DNA of 64,000 nucleotides, taken from Rebecca billardiae RCC1528. Lineage: Eukaryota; Protista; Haptophyta. Position numbers and translations under genes: made by a program. The notes under the pieces were generated by a model. That model was not told where the DNA came from. It was given only the letters and a program-made list of their open reading frames with translations, and did no database searches. The stretch is taken from contig OZ251229.1 in assembly GCA_965240325.2 (NCBI GenBank), positions 2,170,001 to 2,234,000 on the forward strand, read 5' to 3'. This document shows, piece after piece, positions 32,726 to 44,131 of this stretch; within the stretch, counting starts at the first letter, position 1, and every line of letters starts with the position of its first letter.

Positions 32726-33678
32726 ATGCCGCGCTCTCCGATCGCGCTTGTCGCGACACTGCTGCTACAGCTGCCGGCATTCGTCAGCGCGACCTGCGAC
32801 GTCAGCCAGTTGGCGCCACAGGTGTTGGCGCTGACGAGCGACCCGACCGTCTACCACGAGTGCCCACCATCATCTGGGTGCTGGTACGAGTGCGACGGGA
32901 GCAGCTGCACGGAGATGGTCGGATCAACGTGTTCCAATCGGCGCGTGCTGACGGAAGAGACTGAGAGCGAGGAGCGAGCGTCGTCTCTCGGTCCGCACGG
33001 TCGCCGGCTTGGGACCGTCACATGCTCAGCGACCTGCACCGAGCCCAGTCTTGGCGGCTCATACATGTACGGCTACTACATCGGCTACTACATGCGTCGA
33101 CGCCTCACGAGTGAGGAGAGTTTCGAGTGTGCTGCATCGTGGGCATGTGCGGACATCGGCTGCGATGGCTTTCGAGTCTCTGATTGCAGTGCGCTGTCTC
33201 CGCCGCCACCGTCACCCTCGCCGCCGCCCTCGCCGCCGCCGCCGCCCTCGCCGTCGCCGCCCCCATCTTCTCCACCGACCTCATCGCAAGTCATATGCGG
33301 CCCAGTCTGCTTCTTCACGGTGCGTACCGCGTGCGCGGCGGGCCTTGCACGCGCAGTGCTCCACCCCCGGGCGCCCTCGCACGCTGAACGCTCACCATCC
33401 GCATGCTACGGTCCGTGTCCCGCTGACCTTACTCGCCCGCGCAGGTGGCTTTCTCGGCCCGACGGGCGATCAAGCTGATCTGCAAGGTGCTCTTTGATCG
33501 CGGCGACAATGGGTCCGGACACTCGCGCTTCTTGTTGGTCGGTGATGATGCCGGGCCAGTCGTGGCCACCGCTGTGCTCGCTGGACTTGCTGTTGTGGTG
33601 ATTGCCACTTTGGCCGCGACAGGATTCGTTTGGACTCGCGCTCGCGCTCGGCACCAGGCCCAGCTCAGCCAGTGTTAG
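32726..33678 (+). CDS. Cys-rich cell-surface protein with SPPP stalk and C-terminal TM; exons 32726-33319, 33445-33678
   Basis: Signal peptide MPRSPIALVATLLLQLPAFVSA, Cys-rich segments, SPPPPSP repeats at about 33197-33280, one GT-AG intron, and TM VVATAVLAGLAVVVIATLAATGFVW. Confidence 0.7.
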
Positions 33679-34967
33679 CGGGTCCATGCCGATGAGCGCC
33701 CTGGATCGGTACCGTTCCGACTTCGGGTCCGGGCTGCCAATGGCAACGAGCTGTCGGAGCTGCCTCCGCTGGCTGCTGCCCGTGGCCCTCGCTCGAGGCG
33801 GCAGCCCGTGCCCTCACCACTCTGCAGCGACATCACGGCAGGGCGGCGGCAGCGAGCGGCGCGGGCGCCAGACGCCGCCCGTGTCGGGCTGCAACGGCGG
33901 CCCGTCCGCGGGCCGTCCGGCGCCCGTCCGCGGCCATCCACCGGCGGCCGAACCGCGAGTGATAACGGACGAAGTGAAAATGCTCAGTACGCGTAGTCAG
34001 AGAGCGCCGGCGGCGCATCTAACTAGTCTGCGCCGCCGACTGCCAGGCCTAACGACTGATTATGAGTCCGAAGTCCGAATATGATTCGGAGTGGCACAGG
34101 CACAGCTGTCAGCAGTGTCAGTCCGTCACGCCACGGTTCGGGTCGGCCTGAGTAGATTGTAATGGTCGGCTGAATCCATGGCTGGCTGATCAGTGTCAGC
34201 GGCACCCGCTGGCAGCGCGCACTGCGACTGCGACTGCCGTGACTAGTCAGCAGTGCCTGGCTACGACTCTACTGTGAGTGCGAGTCAGCGTGAGGCGAGA
34301 CTGTGAGAGAAGTATCGTCACGCATCGCGATCTCCGACGGGCAGCCTACTTGCTGTCTCCCTCCCACCGGAGTACGAGTTGCTCACCCGTAGCTACTGCT
34401 CTTGGCCGCACGGCGGCAGTGTGGACGAGGCCATGGAGGCGGGTTGCGACGAGATGGGCGCCTCGCCATGGCATGTGAGCATGTCAACACGTCCGACTCT
34501 GACGAGTATGACAGCCAACTCTCATACTCTCGTCAACTGCCAGATCCGCCGGAATCTGATGCATCTGGCGAAAACGACGCGGCCTCAGATGCCGTGGACG
34601 CCTGAGTGCAGTAGCCCGTTGACAGCTGCAGGCAACCTGGCCGTCACACGTAGCGCACTACTTTAGTTAGCCGGAGGACCGACGCACACCGCCTCGCGCG
34701 GCGGGCGCGGCGCGGCGCGACACGTGGCGGCACCCGAGAGCGCACGTGCATCTTTGGCCGGTTTGCGCATCTGAAGGAGGTACGTAGCGGGTGGGCCGCA
34801 GGCACTCGACCGAGCGGAAGACAGTGGTGTTGACCTCCCCCTCCCAACGCGTCACCCTCATCCGGGTCCCTACCTTTTGCCCACCCGCGATCCGGCCGCC
34901 TCCATGCTGAGTCCGGTCTCGCGAGTCGGACAGTCGGACAGTCGGTGCCCCCCACGCGACCAGGCCC

Positions 34968-36560
34968 ATGGCGTCGTCGGCGCCTACGAGACGCGCCGTG
35001 CTCGCGCTGAGCGTGTGCTCCGCGCTGCTTCGACCGCTGCCCTGCGTGGCGCAGGGCGCGGCCCTCGACACGCGCGCGGCGTGTCGGCCGAACGCGCCTC
35101 GGCCACGTGTGCACATCTACGCGCTCCCTGAGCGGTATCAGAAGCCGCCAAACACGTGGCGGCTGGCAAACGTCTTCGGCCAGCGGCTGCGCCGCTCGCC
35201 CTTCTACGAGCCCAACCCAGCGTGCGCGGAGTACTTCTACATCAACCACTTTGCTGGCGCCGACCAGCCGAAGGCCGAGCGAATGTTCGCCTACATCGCC
35301 ACGCGCTGGCCATACCTGAACGAATCGATTACGCGCAACGTCGCGACGCACATTGTCTACCTGCCGTGCGACCACGGGCCGGGCGACTGCATGTTCTGGA
35401 AGCCGCTGCGCGGGGCGAATCCAAGGCTCGACCGGCTGCGCATCAACCCCGCCTCGCGCTCACGGCTCACGATCTTCCTCGTCCTCAACGGCATGGACGA
35501 TCGGCACGGCCCGGGCGCCGCCATGCGCTGCCGCTCCTGCTTCCTGCCGGGGGTCGACATCCGGCTGCCCACGCCGCACCGCCACCTGTGCGGCCCGCTG
35601 TGCGGGTACTCGCTCGACGAGCTCCGCGCCAAATCGCCCTGGGCGTTGCCCCGGCGTGCGGGTGACGAGCTCCTGCGCCAGCCGCGGCCAGTCAAGTTCT
35701 TCTGGGCCGGCAAACACAAGGGCCGAAACCAAGCGCGCGCGCAGCTCGTTCGGCACTTCGGCGGCGCGCGGCACCCGGGCTTCCGGGTGCTCAACCTCGA
35801 GCCGCCGCGGCTGCAAGCCGGCAAGCCACCGCCGCCGAAGCCACCCAGGCCCGTCACCAGCACGGAGATGCTGCAGGCTGACTTCTGCGGCTCGCCGCCC
35901 GGCTGGGACGACGGCGACTCGGACCGGTACCTGCCGGCCGTGCTGTTCGGCTGCATCCCGGTCTTCTTCTCGAAGCACGAGTCGCGCCCGCTGGAGGAGC
36001 TGCCCGAGATGCAGTGGGCGAACGTCTCGGTGCGCGTGGACGTGGGGCAGATCGCGCGGCTGCACACCATCCTCGAGGCCATCCCGACCGCGCGCGTCGT
36101 GCAGATGCGGCTGGCGATGCGCAGCGCGTGGCAGCGGCTGCTCTTCTCCAGCTACCCCATGGCGAGCGTGCGCGGCGGCAAGAAGGATTGGAAGGTGCTG
36201 GGCTCCGGCGCAAGCGCAAAGTACCTCGACGAGGATGGCCAGCACGATGCATTCGACGGCGTGATCGCCATCCTGCGACGCCGGCTCGAGCAGCGCGCCT
36301 CGACGACGCCCCGGGCCCCGGCAACACCTGACGATCAGCCCAGCGGCGCGGGGCCACCTTGGCCACATTCGGCGCGCGATCTCGCCGGCCCCAGTGACAT
36401 GGAAGGTGCGGGGCTCGTGCATCCGCACCGCTGGCAGCGCCGCCGCCGGCTGTGGGCTCGGCGCTCCCGGACGTCTCAACAAGCACCACTTCGCGCCTAT
36501 GGCCAGCGCAGCGCGGTGGCGTACGGCATCGCGGGCGGAGACGATAAATTCGCTCGATAA
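34968..36560 (+). CDS. Exostosin-family glycosyltransferase (GT47), single exon
   Basis: N-terminal signal/anchor; motifs VHIYALP, PCDHG, FFWAG and FCGSPPG...RYLPAVLFGCIPVF. Confidence 0.85.
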   Translation: MASSAPTRRAVLALSVCSALLRPLPCVAQGAALDTRAACRPNAPRPRVHIYALPERYQKPPNTWRLANVFGQRLRRSPFYEPNPACAEYFYINHFAGADQPKAERMFAYIATRWPYLNESITRNVATHIVYLPCDHGPGDCMFWKPLRGANPRLDRLRINPASRSRLTIFLVLNGMDDRHGPGAAMRCRSCFLPGVDIRLPTPHRHLCGPLCGYSLDELRAKSPWALPRRAGDELLRQPRPVKFFWAGKHKGRNQARAQLVRHFGGARHPGFRVLNLEPPRLQAGKPPPPKPPRPVTSTEMLQADFCGSPPGWDDGDSDRYLPAVLFGCIPVFFSKHESRPLEELPEMQWANVSVRVDVGQIARLHTILEAIPTARVVQMRLAMRSAWQRLLFSSYPMASVRGGKKDWKVLGSGASAKYLDEDGQHDAFDGVIAILRRRLEQRASTTPRAPATPDDQPSGAGPPWPHSARDLAGPSDMEGAGLVHPHRWQRRRRLWARRSRTSQQAPLRAYGQRSAVAYGIAGGDDKFAR

Positions 36561-36640
36561 AACCGCGCGGTGAAAATCAAAAACATCGCGTCTCGCGCGA
36601 TCGACGATTTTCGGAATAAATCGGCGATCGACGATCTGCG

Positions 36641-37030
36641 ATGGCGGCGGTGGCATCGCCTGCGAGCAAGAAGGAGCCCACTACACCGATTGCGAGCGCG
36701 CCAGCCGCTGAGGTTGACAGAGGCGCCGATGGCATCATGGTCATTGCTGCTAGTTGGGTTCTCTTCCTCATGGGCATGCTGCCCGTCGTACTTGCGTCCA
36801 TCATCGCCTTGCCGTCGATGATGTATGCGCCGCCCTTTCCAGGGATGGAGCGCGTACGTGCAGCCCTGGCCGACGGGACACTACTCAACGAGGCGACCTG
36901 GCCGTACCTCACAACCACCCTCGCGATTGCAGGCGCTGGCGCCGCTCTCGCTCTCGGTGTTTCACGCGCTACCGCGCCGAGGCGCACACCGGACAACCAA
37001 AGAGCAAGTGCCCCAGCTGCGAGCAGGTGA
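36641..37030 (+). CDS. Possible small two-TM membrane protein
   Basis: 129 aa ATG ORF with two hydrophobic stretches after an AT-richer spacer. No recognisable family. Confidence 0.35.
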   Translation: MAAVASPASKKEPTTPIASAPAAEVDRGADGIMVIAASWVLFLMGMLPVVLASIIALPSMMYAPPFPGMERVRAALADGTLLNEATWPYLTTTLAIAGAGAALALGVSRATAPRRTPDNQRASAPAASR

Positions 37031-37866
37031 AGATCAGATGAGTGAGCACTACTTGGCTCTGACACTCGATCGAGAGTGGCTGACTGACGAGCCACTCACT
37101 CAGACGAGTGTCAGATGTCGCGGCCGCGGCTGGACACACGCCGGACCCGCCTCAGGCACGGACGGCAGCACGCAGTCACTCTGACTTCTCGGGCTACTAG
37201 GAGTCATCTGAGTCAGATTGCGGCGCGTCGCGCGACCGTCACCGGCCCGCCCGGCGACACGGATCACAGATCACCTAGACAGTAGTTAGACACAGACACA
37301 GTGCCCAGTCACGGCACAGAGGCACCGTCCGGTCATCAGAGACAGAGTCTACTGCGACAGTGACTACGCCTACGGTGAGTCCGGGACTGGGTGCCCAGCC
37401 AAGACTGCCCGGCGCGCCCGACGCGGTCTAGTAAGTAGTATAACTACTCAAACTAGGCTAGAGTTAAGAGTGACGAGTTGACCACTACCGTACTGCTACT
37501 AACTGATGAGACTGAGTCAGCAGCCCAGCCACAGACCGGCCCACGGCCCAGGACTTCCGCTGGCTTCAGAGTCCGTCGTCGGCCTCCGCCCGCTCCGGGC
37601 CGCGGTCCGCCGGCCCGGGGCCGGGGCCGGCGGGGCCGGGGCGCTAGGCGCGCCGGGTCCGCGGGCTCCGCCGCGTGGCCGGCGCAGGCGCAGTCCGCTC
37701 CGCGCCTCGGATTGTTGGCGCTCCGTGTCCCGCGGTGTCCGTGCATACGCGGCACCTGTAGACTGTAGTGCCTCGTAACGGCCTGGTCTGAAGACTGCCC
37801 ACCCCGGTGATGATAACAAGGCACCTGATGGTGATGCCACGTTGCGACAACGCCGAAGCGGCAGCG

Positions 37867-39026
37867 TCACTCCGTTGGTGTGCGGAAGACGCCAACCTGC
37901 TGCTGAGCGCTGGCGTAGACCGCGTTGATGTCTGGCCGATTCTGCGGGTCGACCTGAATCATCTGGTCAACCAACTCGCGCAGCTGCGCTCGAACGCAGG
38001 AGCGGGGCGGCCGCCGGCAAGGGCGACACGCTGGTGAGGGGCCACGCACGGCAGACACGAGGCGCCTGCGGCGCAACGCGCGGCGCTGTGCGCTCGCACC
38101 TCTGGCGAGTAGCTGTCACTGATCGGGTCGAAGATACGCTTGTTGATCTTCTTGCCGAGGGTGTAGTAGTTCAGGCCGTCCGAGTAGAACGGCGAGCGCA
38201 GCGTGGCGAGCTCGTACAGCAGGCAGCCGAGGGACCAAATGTCAGACTTCCTGCGCGCCCCCCGCCGCCGGCGCGGGCGCACAGCCGTCAGCCGCAGACC
38301 ATGGTAGCGCAACCGTGTCTGGAGCTGCGCCCCACATGCTCACCAGTCGTAAAACGTGCCCTGGATGCACTCCGGGGACATGTAGAATGGCGTGCCGACT
38401 GTCGAGTGCACCATATTCGTCTTGGAGCTGAAGTACCTCCCGAGCCCTGCGCTCGCGCGCACAGCGGGCAGTCCGCGCACACACGGCACTCAGTGTGCGC
38501 GCGCGCGCGCGCGCATGGCGGGAGCGCACGCGGGCGTGCAGCGCGTGCCTAGGTCGCCGAGCTTGAGGATGCCCGAGTCCATGATGAACACGTTCGCCGG
38601 CTTGATGTCGCGGTGCATCACGCGCTGGCCATGCATGTACTTGAGTGCTGAGCAGATCTGCTCGAAAAACTCCCACACGCGACCCTCGGGCAGCGGCTCC
38701 CCGGCCTGCTGCTTGAGCAGCCGGCCGAGGTCGCCGCGCTCAGCAAGCTCCATGACCACGTGGAGCTCGTTGTCCTCAATGAACGCGTCCAGGTACTGCA
38801 CAATGTGCGGGTGGCCGGGCGACTGCAACAGCTTGATCTCGTTGAGGCACTCGTTCCGACACTTCGCATCCATCATCTCGAAGACCTGAATCTTCTTGAG
38901 CGCGACGGGCTTGCCATCGCGTCTTCGTCGCGTGCGGTGGACGACCGAGAGCTTGCCTCGGCCGATCAGCTCCGCCGCCTCCATGTCATAGTCCGCGAGA
39001 GTCGAGCCGGTGTTGAATTCCTCCAT
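37867..39026 (-). CDS. NIMA-related kinase, NEK6/NEK7-like; exons 39026-38549, 38446-38344, 38250-38100, 37983-37867
   Basis: Motifs IGRG, VALKKIQVFEMMDAKCRNECLNEI, HRDIKPANVF, KLGDLGLGRYFSS, GTPFYMSPE and KSDIWSLGCLLYE. The ATG follows a CAG, so an upstream exon is possible. Confidence 0.92.
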
Positions 39027-40179
39027 CTGCCCGCACGGCAGCGCGGCGGTTGGGCTTCGTCCTTCCACCTCCGCCGCGATGAACGATGGCTGCCCTGGGC
39101 AGCCGGCAGCCGGCACTTGCACTATTGCAATACCCGTACAGCGCCGAGATTACGCGGGCTCTGCGATCCATGGCGAGCTTGTGACTTGGGGCGGCGACTC
39201 GCGCAGCAGTTTGGCCGCTCGATGTACGAGTTCGCGTCCGGACGAGTACGCGCGGCATGCAGGCTGCCGCCAGTGGGTACTGGCTACGAGTCCAAGCCCG
39301 CATGACCCTCACATCTCGAGTCTGCACCCTGCCGTTCGCTGTGTCAAAGCAGTCGCAACGCACAAGCGTCGTTGAGTGTCGATCGGCTGCGCGAGCGCGG
39401 TCTCGCCCCGCCCAACCCAAGTGTGTGCGAGTGAGCATGTGTCTTGAGCATGTGGCGTGCGTTGACGCCATCCGCGACGGCCGACATGGCCATGGAGCGC
39501 CCGCATCACTCGCCTGCACCGTGCCCTTCATAGCCTACGGGAAGCTCCGCAAATCTGTTGATTTAGCTCTTTTTTGCCCGTTGGAGTCATGTTCTTCGCT
39601 TGGTTCTTCGTGCACTGAAAACCCTATTTTAAAGAATGAATTTTAGCGCGCGCGGGCGGCAGCGGAGCGCAACCAACCCGCGGAGTGTCCGAAGGAGATC
39701 TCCGAGACGCTAAATGTGAGCCAATTCTTGTCGCCTGCGCACCAACCTTGCGCCCGGGACCGACCATTAAAGTTGAGTGAGTCTCCCGTGAGTCTCCCGG
39801 CGCTGTACGGATACGACTATTGTCTGATGTCTCTGCTGCGGCACGTCAGGCGCCGTGTGCAAGTTGTTTCGGTGCTCGTCTCGTCGACGGTTACGATGAC
39901 TCAAGCTCACTGTGACCCGTCCGCCCGCCGGCTGCCCACCCAGGTTGGACCACTCACGGACCCGCAGTCCGTGTCGGTCTCGCGCACTCTCTGAGTCTCG
40001 CAGTCCGGCTCTCAGGGCCAGGCGCTGCGCCGATGTGAATCGGATGATGATGATCACTCGCACACCCCAGGTCCAGGATCGGCTCGCGGCGCCAGCACAG
40101 CGCACACTGTGCCACGCAGCACTCGCCGCACGCGTGGCTGCACCGCGACCGCGTGGCCGTCACGGCGTCACCATCGTCG

Positions 40180-41388
40180 TCAGCGCGTGACGGGCGTGTA
40201 GTAGAAGGGAGCGCTCTCCCCGCCGCGCAGGCTGCCGGCGTTCGGCGCAGGCCCAAGGGCGCACGTGCGCTTCGCGCTGCCGCCAAAGCCGCGCGGCGCC
40301 GGCGGCGCGGCGTGCACGCGACGGCGCGGGCGCAGCAGCTGGTACGGCAGCAGCTGCGCGCCTGCACCCCGGCGCGCGTCCGCGCGCTCGGCGGGCTGCA
40401 GCGTGTGCCCGTGCTGCACCTCGCCCGGCAAATACCGGAAAGTCCCGGTCGGCTTGAATGGGTGTCCACGCGCGGCGGCCGTGCCCCAGACCTTTGGCGG
40501 CGGGTGGCGCGCCGTGTGCAGACCCTGCACCGTCGGTGCGTACGGCGCGACCGCGCGGTGGCGCATCATCCCGGAGCCGTAACGGTCCGGGGCTGGCTCT
40601 GAGGCGCGTCGCTTGGCGGCCGCCTCCCACGCCGCCTCGCGAGGCTGGCGAGGGAAGCGCGGCGCGGGTGCCGTCTCGCGCGCGGAGAGCGGCTGGTCGC
40701 CGAACGCGGACCAGCCTCTGTGGAAGAGCGCCTCGCCACGCCGGGGTGCGTACACGTCGCGCGGCGGGCGCAGGTCGATGCGCGCGCGTGCCAGCTCGTT
40801 GGCCGTGGGCGGGCGTGTGGGCACCGCACCTGGCACCCCGCGACGCGCCGTGGCGAACGGGTAGGCAGGCGAGGACGGGCGAAGCGGGTGGTCGAGGACC
40901 TTGGGCACGGGGTCGTTCCTCGTGAGCGGGAAGCGCTGCGCGGGCGGCGCCACGCGTGACGGCAGTGGGCGCGCGAGCGCGTCGATGCTGCGCGTGCGCG
41001 CCGCCACGTCGTCCGAGCGCAACCTTGCCGTCGACGCCGTGCCGGGAGGCCCGGCCGAGCGCGGGCGGGAGTCGGGCGCCGGTGTGCCTGGGGCGAAGCT
41101 GACGGTGCGGGCATGCGACGCCACGCCCGCCGAGTGCGGGCGCGCGCTCGTGCCGTCAGGGCTTGCCCCTGCCGGCAGTGGCGTACCGCCGCCGCCGTTG
41201 TCGCCCCCGACCGGCGGCGCCCGCGGGTCGGTGCTGGCCGAGGACGCGCGCGCACGCTGCCGTCGCTGCTCGTCGAGTGCTGCCCACGCGTCATCACCGG
41301 TGTAGTCGGCGCCAGCAGCGGCGCTGAGCGGCGCGTTGGCCGCGGGCGGCGTCGCGTGCTGCGCGGACGGCGTCTCCGCGCCCGTCAT
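40180..41388 (-). CDS. Pro/Ala/Arg-rich protein with SHIPPO/ODF3-like (PGP-repeat) flagellar features
   Basis: 402 aa ORF with PSSPAYPF, AFGDQPLSARETAPAPRF, PAPDRYG and GPAPNA, which resemble SHIPPO-type repeats. Confidence 0.5.
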   Translation of the reverse strand: MTGAETPSAQHATPPAANAPLSAAAGADYTGDDAWAALDEQRRQRARASSASTDPRAPPVGGDNGGGGTPLPAGASPDGTSARPHSAGVASHARTVSFAPGTPAPDSRPRSAGPPGTASTARLRSDDVAARTRSIDALARPLPSRVAPPAQRFPLTRNDPVPKVLDHPLRPSSPAYPFATARRGVPGAVPTRPPTANELARARIDLRPPRDVYAPRRGEALFHRGWSAFGDQPLSARETAPAPRFPRQPREAAWEAAAKRRASEPAPDRYGSGMMRHRAVAPYAPTVQGLHTARHPPPKVWGTAAARGHPFKPTGTFRYLPGEVQHGHTLQPAERADARRGAGAQLLPYQLLRPRRRVHAAPPAPRGFGGSAKRTCALGPAPNAGSLRGGESAPFYYTPVTR

Positions 41389-41520
41389 CTCCTCGGCGCA
41401 GCCTTTGAACGGCTACAGCTTTGGCCTGGGCGTAAAGTGACAGTACCGGTAGGTACGTCCGGCTGAGGCCAGCGCAGTAGCGTGCTCCCGGACCCACTTG
41501 CGCCCACTGCGCTTTCAACA

Positions 41521-42319
41521 ATGTCGTCCAAGCCAGCTGGCAACGCAGCGCTCGGCGCGGTGCGCAAAACATGGGACAAGGAGGCGTTCGAGAAGCGCGC
41601 GCGCGAACGAGTGGAGCGCGAGCTGGAGGAGGAGCGCGAGGCGGCCAAGGCCAAGGCGCCGCCGCGCGTCGTCGTCCAGCGCGCGCCGCTCGATCGCGAG
41701 AAGGCACGCGCTGACCAGAACCTCAACATCTCGGGCGAGGTCGGGAAGAAGACGGTGCGCGCGCGCTCCCCGATGCGCGCACGAGCACACGCGCGTGTGC
41801 CGCCCCTAATCCTCGTCGGCGGCGCCCGCTGCTCCCCGTGCGCCGGAGCAGGTGATCAACACAAAGCAGCCGGAGCTCGGCAAGTCACCCTTCTTCTGTA
41901 CTGTGTGCAACTGTGAGCTGCGCGACTCGGCGAACTGGCTGGCGCACCTGAACGGCAAGAACCACGTGCGGAATCTGGGGATGAACATGCGCGCCGAGCG
42001 CTCGACCGTGGAGGGCGTCAAGTCCAAGCTCGCGAGCACGCGCGCGCAGACGGCCGCGCCGGTGTCGCGCGACGAGGCCGCGGCGCGCTTCCGCGCAGAA
42101 TTTGACGAGCGCGTCCGCCAGCAGGATGAGGTGGCGCGGCTTGAGCGGCAGCAGAAGCGCGCGGCGGAGCGCGAGCGCAAGAAGCAGCAGGGCGATCCCG
42201 GCGGCCGCACCGCCGACCCCGCCGCGGATGGCGACGACGGCGCCGCCGCTGCTGACCCCATGATGGCTGCCATGGGCTTCGACTTTGGCAGCTTCGGCTC
42301 GAGCAAGCAGAAGAGGTGA
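41521..42319 (+). CDS. ZMAT2: Spliceosomal zinc-finger protein ZMAT2/Snu23; exons 41521-41754, 41852-42319
   Basis: RKTWDKE, matrin-type finger FFCTVCNCELRDSANWLAHLNGKNH, and C-terminal MAAMGF..FGSSK. Confidence 0.92.
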
Positions 42320-43054
42320 GGCGTCGACCCGCGCTGGTGTGGCCGCGCTCGGAGCGGCATCGACCATGCTGGCGACTTTGGGCCATCTGCATGTCGCGGC
42401 GACGTCCGAGGTCTCCATGCTGCCGAATAAATCAACACGACGCTTCACCTTGGATGATGGTTGCGAATCAATGTTGTGGTGCCGTGCAGCCTGCACTCTC
42501 CCGGTTACTAGCAGCACAGCCTGCAGGACCGTGGCCGTGCGCCTGTGCCACCCTGTGCGGATCATATATATAGATCAAACTGTCGAAGCATGTCGTCATC
42601 GATATATCGTGGCAACGCGCATCCGCCGCCAGGCCATATATATCGTCTATGTTTTTACTTTTAAAATAAAATCTTCTGATGAACATCGTGACTGACGAGT
42701 CTGACGACCGCGCGGCCTAGTCCGACAGCGGGCGGGTGGTCCGACTCCGTAGTATCTGTATCGTCAGCCGTCGGCGTCTCAGCCGCCGCCACGGTCATGT
42801 CCGTCATGCGCCGGGAACTCGTAGCCAGCGGACCATGTAGGACCCGAGTCCGAGTCCGACACTCGAATCTCGATCCACCGCGCCCAGCATCGGCCCAGGC
42901 TCGGCGTTCGCCGCCGCGGGCCCCCGCGTGATCGCGGACTCGCAAAGGATATGCTCCTTGTGTCAGTCACTTGTCGTCGCGGCGAAGGTCCTGAGGATCG
43001 GCCACACCGGGATGCCATGCCTGATACTGTCAGAGTCGCACTTGTGCACGAGCG

Positions 43055-43732
43055 TCACTCGGCCTCGAGCTCCGACGGAGGGGTCCACGAGGCCCCCAGC
43101 AGCGTGGCAGCTGGCATCTGGCAGACCACCAGGCCCTCCGCCTCCCACCGGCCAGGGCTCTCGTTCGGTGCGACAAAGATGCGCACACCCTCGTCCCCAT
43201 ACAGCACGCGCGCCCGGCCAGGGCCGCGGATGGGAAGCGTGAGGCGCGGCAGGCCACCCAGCTGAATGGACGCAGAGGTGATGAGCACCTCGAAATCCTT
43301 TGGGCACCGCTTCACGGATGGCTCCGCCTCTGACACCTCCCCACGGGCAACAAGGCGCACACGCCCGCCGAGCGCCTCGGCGTAGTTGACCGCACGGCCA
43401 TTGTCGAGATCGTATAGCTGGCCGGCGAGGTTACTAGAGCCATCGCGTTGCCAGCGAGGTCGCTCACCGGATGTGTACGCCACAGTCCACAGGCCACCGC
43501 GCAACGCGCGCTCATTGTAGCGCGCGCGTGCGCCCGCGAGCTGTGCGATCAGAGAGTCAATCTCAGCGCGCTCGGCGGAGGTCCATCCAGTCGCGCCGGA
43601 GCGGGAGTATCCGTCGACGAGGCGAGTGCGCAGCGTCTGGGATGCCGTGCGCACGGACAGCGCGCGCGCCGACGCCAACATCATCAGCACACACAGCATC
43701 TGCTGCATCCGATGCCACGCGGATGCCGCCAT
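43055..43732 (-). CDS. Plastid lipid-associated protein (PAP/fibrillin family)
   Basis: Signal peptide; motifs RAEIDSLIAQL, GLWTVAYTS and VLYGDEGVRIF. Confidence 0.72.
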   Translation of the reverse strand: MAASAWHRMQQMLCVLMMLASARALSVRTASQTLRTRLVDGYSRSGATGWTSAERAEIDSLIAQLAGARARYNERALRGGLWTVAYTSGERPRWQRDGSSNLAGQLYDLDNGRAVNYAEALGGRVRLVARGEVSEAEPSVKRCPKDFEVLITSASIQLGGLPRLTLPIRGPGRARVLYGDEGVRIFVAPNESPGRWEAEGLVVCQMPAATLLGASWTPPSELEAE

Positions 43733-44131
43733 CGCTGCTACAGTTTACTCAGAATAAGAGACGCACACAGCTCAGGCAGGCGAGATTACAGTCATCGCAC
43801 GCCAACCGCTCACTGCTCGAGCGCTCGCCGCTCGCGGCGGCGGCGGCTCGTCGAGGCCGGACATCGACTTCATTTCTTTTCCCGATGATTTGTTTTTCGC
43901 ATGCGAGTCATCCGTAACAGCGCATCTCGGAGCTCCGGAGACCTGCCCCTGCCGGCATCCTGATCGCTCCACGCGCGGTCATCTGGAGCTCCCCCTGGTC
44001 GCTCGGCCGCGGGCGCGCGAGCGCCCCGTCGAGCGCGTGCTGGGGCCGGCGGCGCGTGGGCTGGTGCACGGGCGTGCGCGCCGCGCGCACAGCCTCGCCT
44101 CCCCCGTCGGGCAGGCCGACGGCCATCGTGG

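Noticed and set aside
34379-34666. Short acidic ORFs upstream of GT47
   Set aside because: No motif and no GC3-biased codon pattern; unsupported, although a gene remnant is possible.
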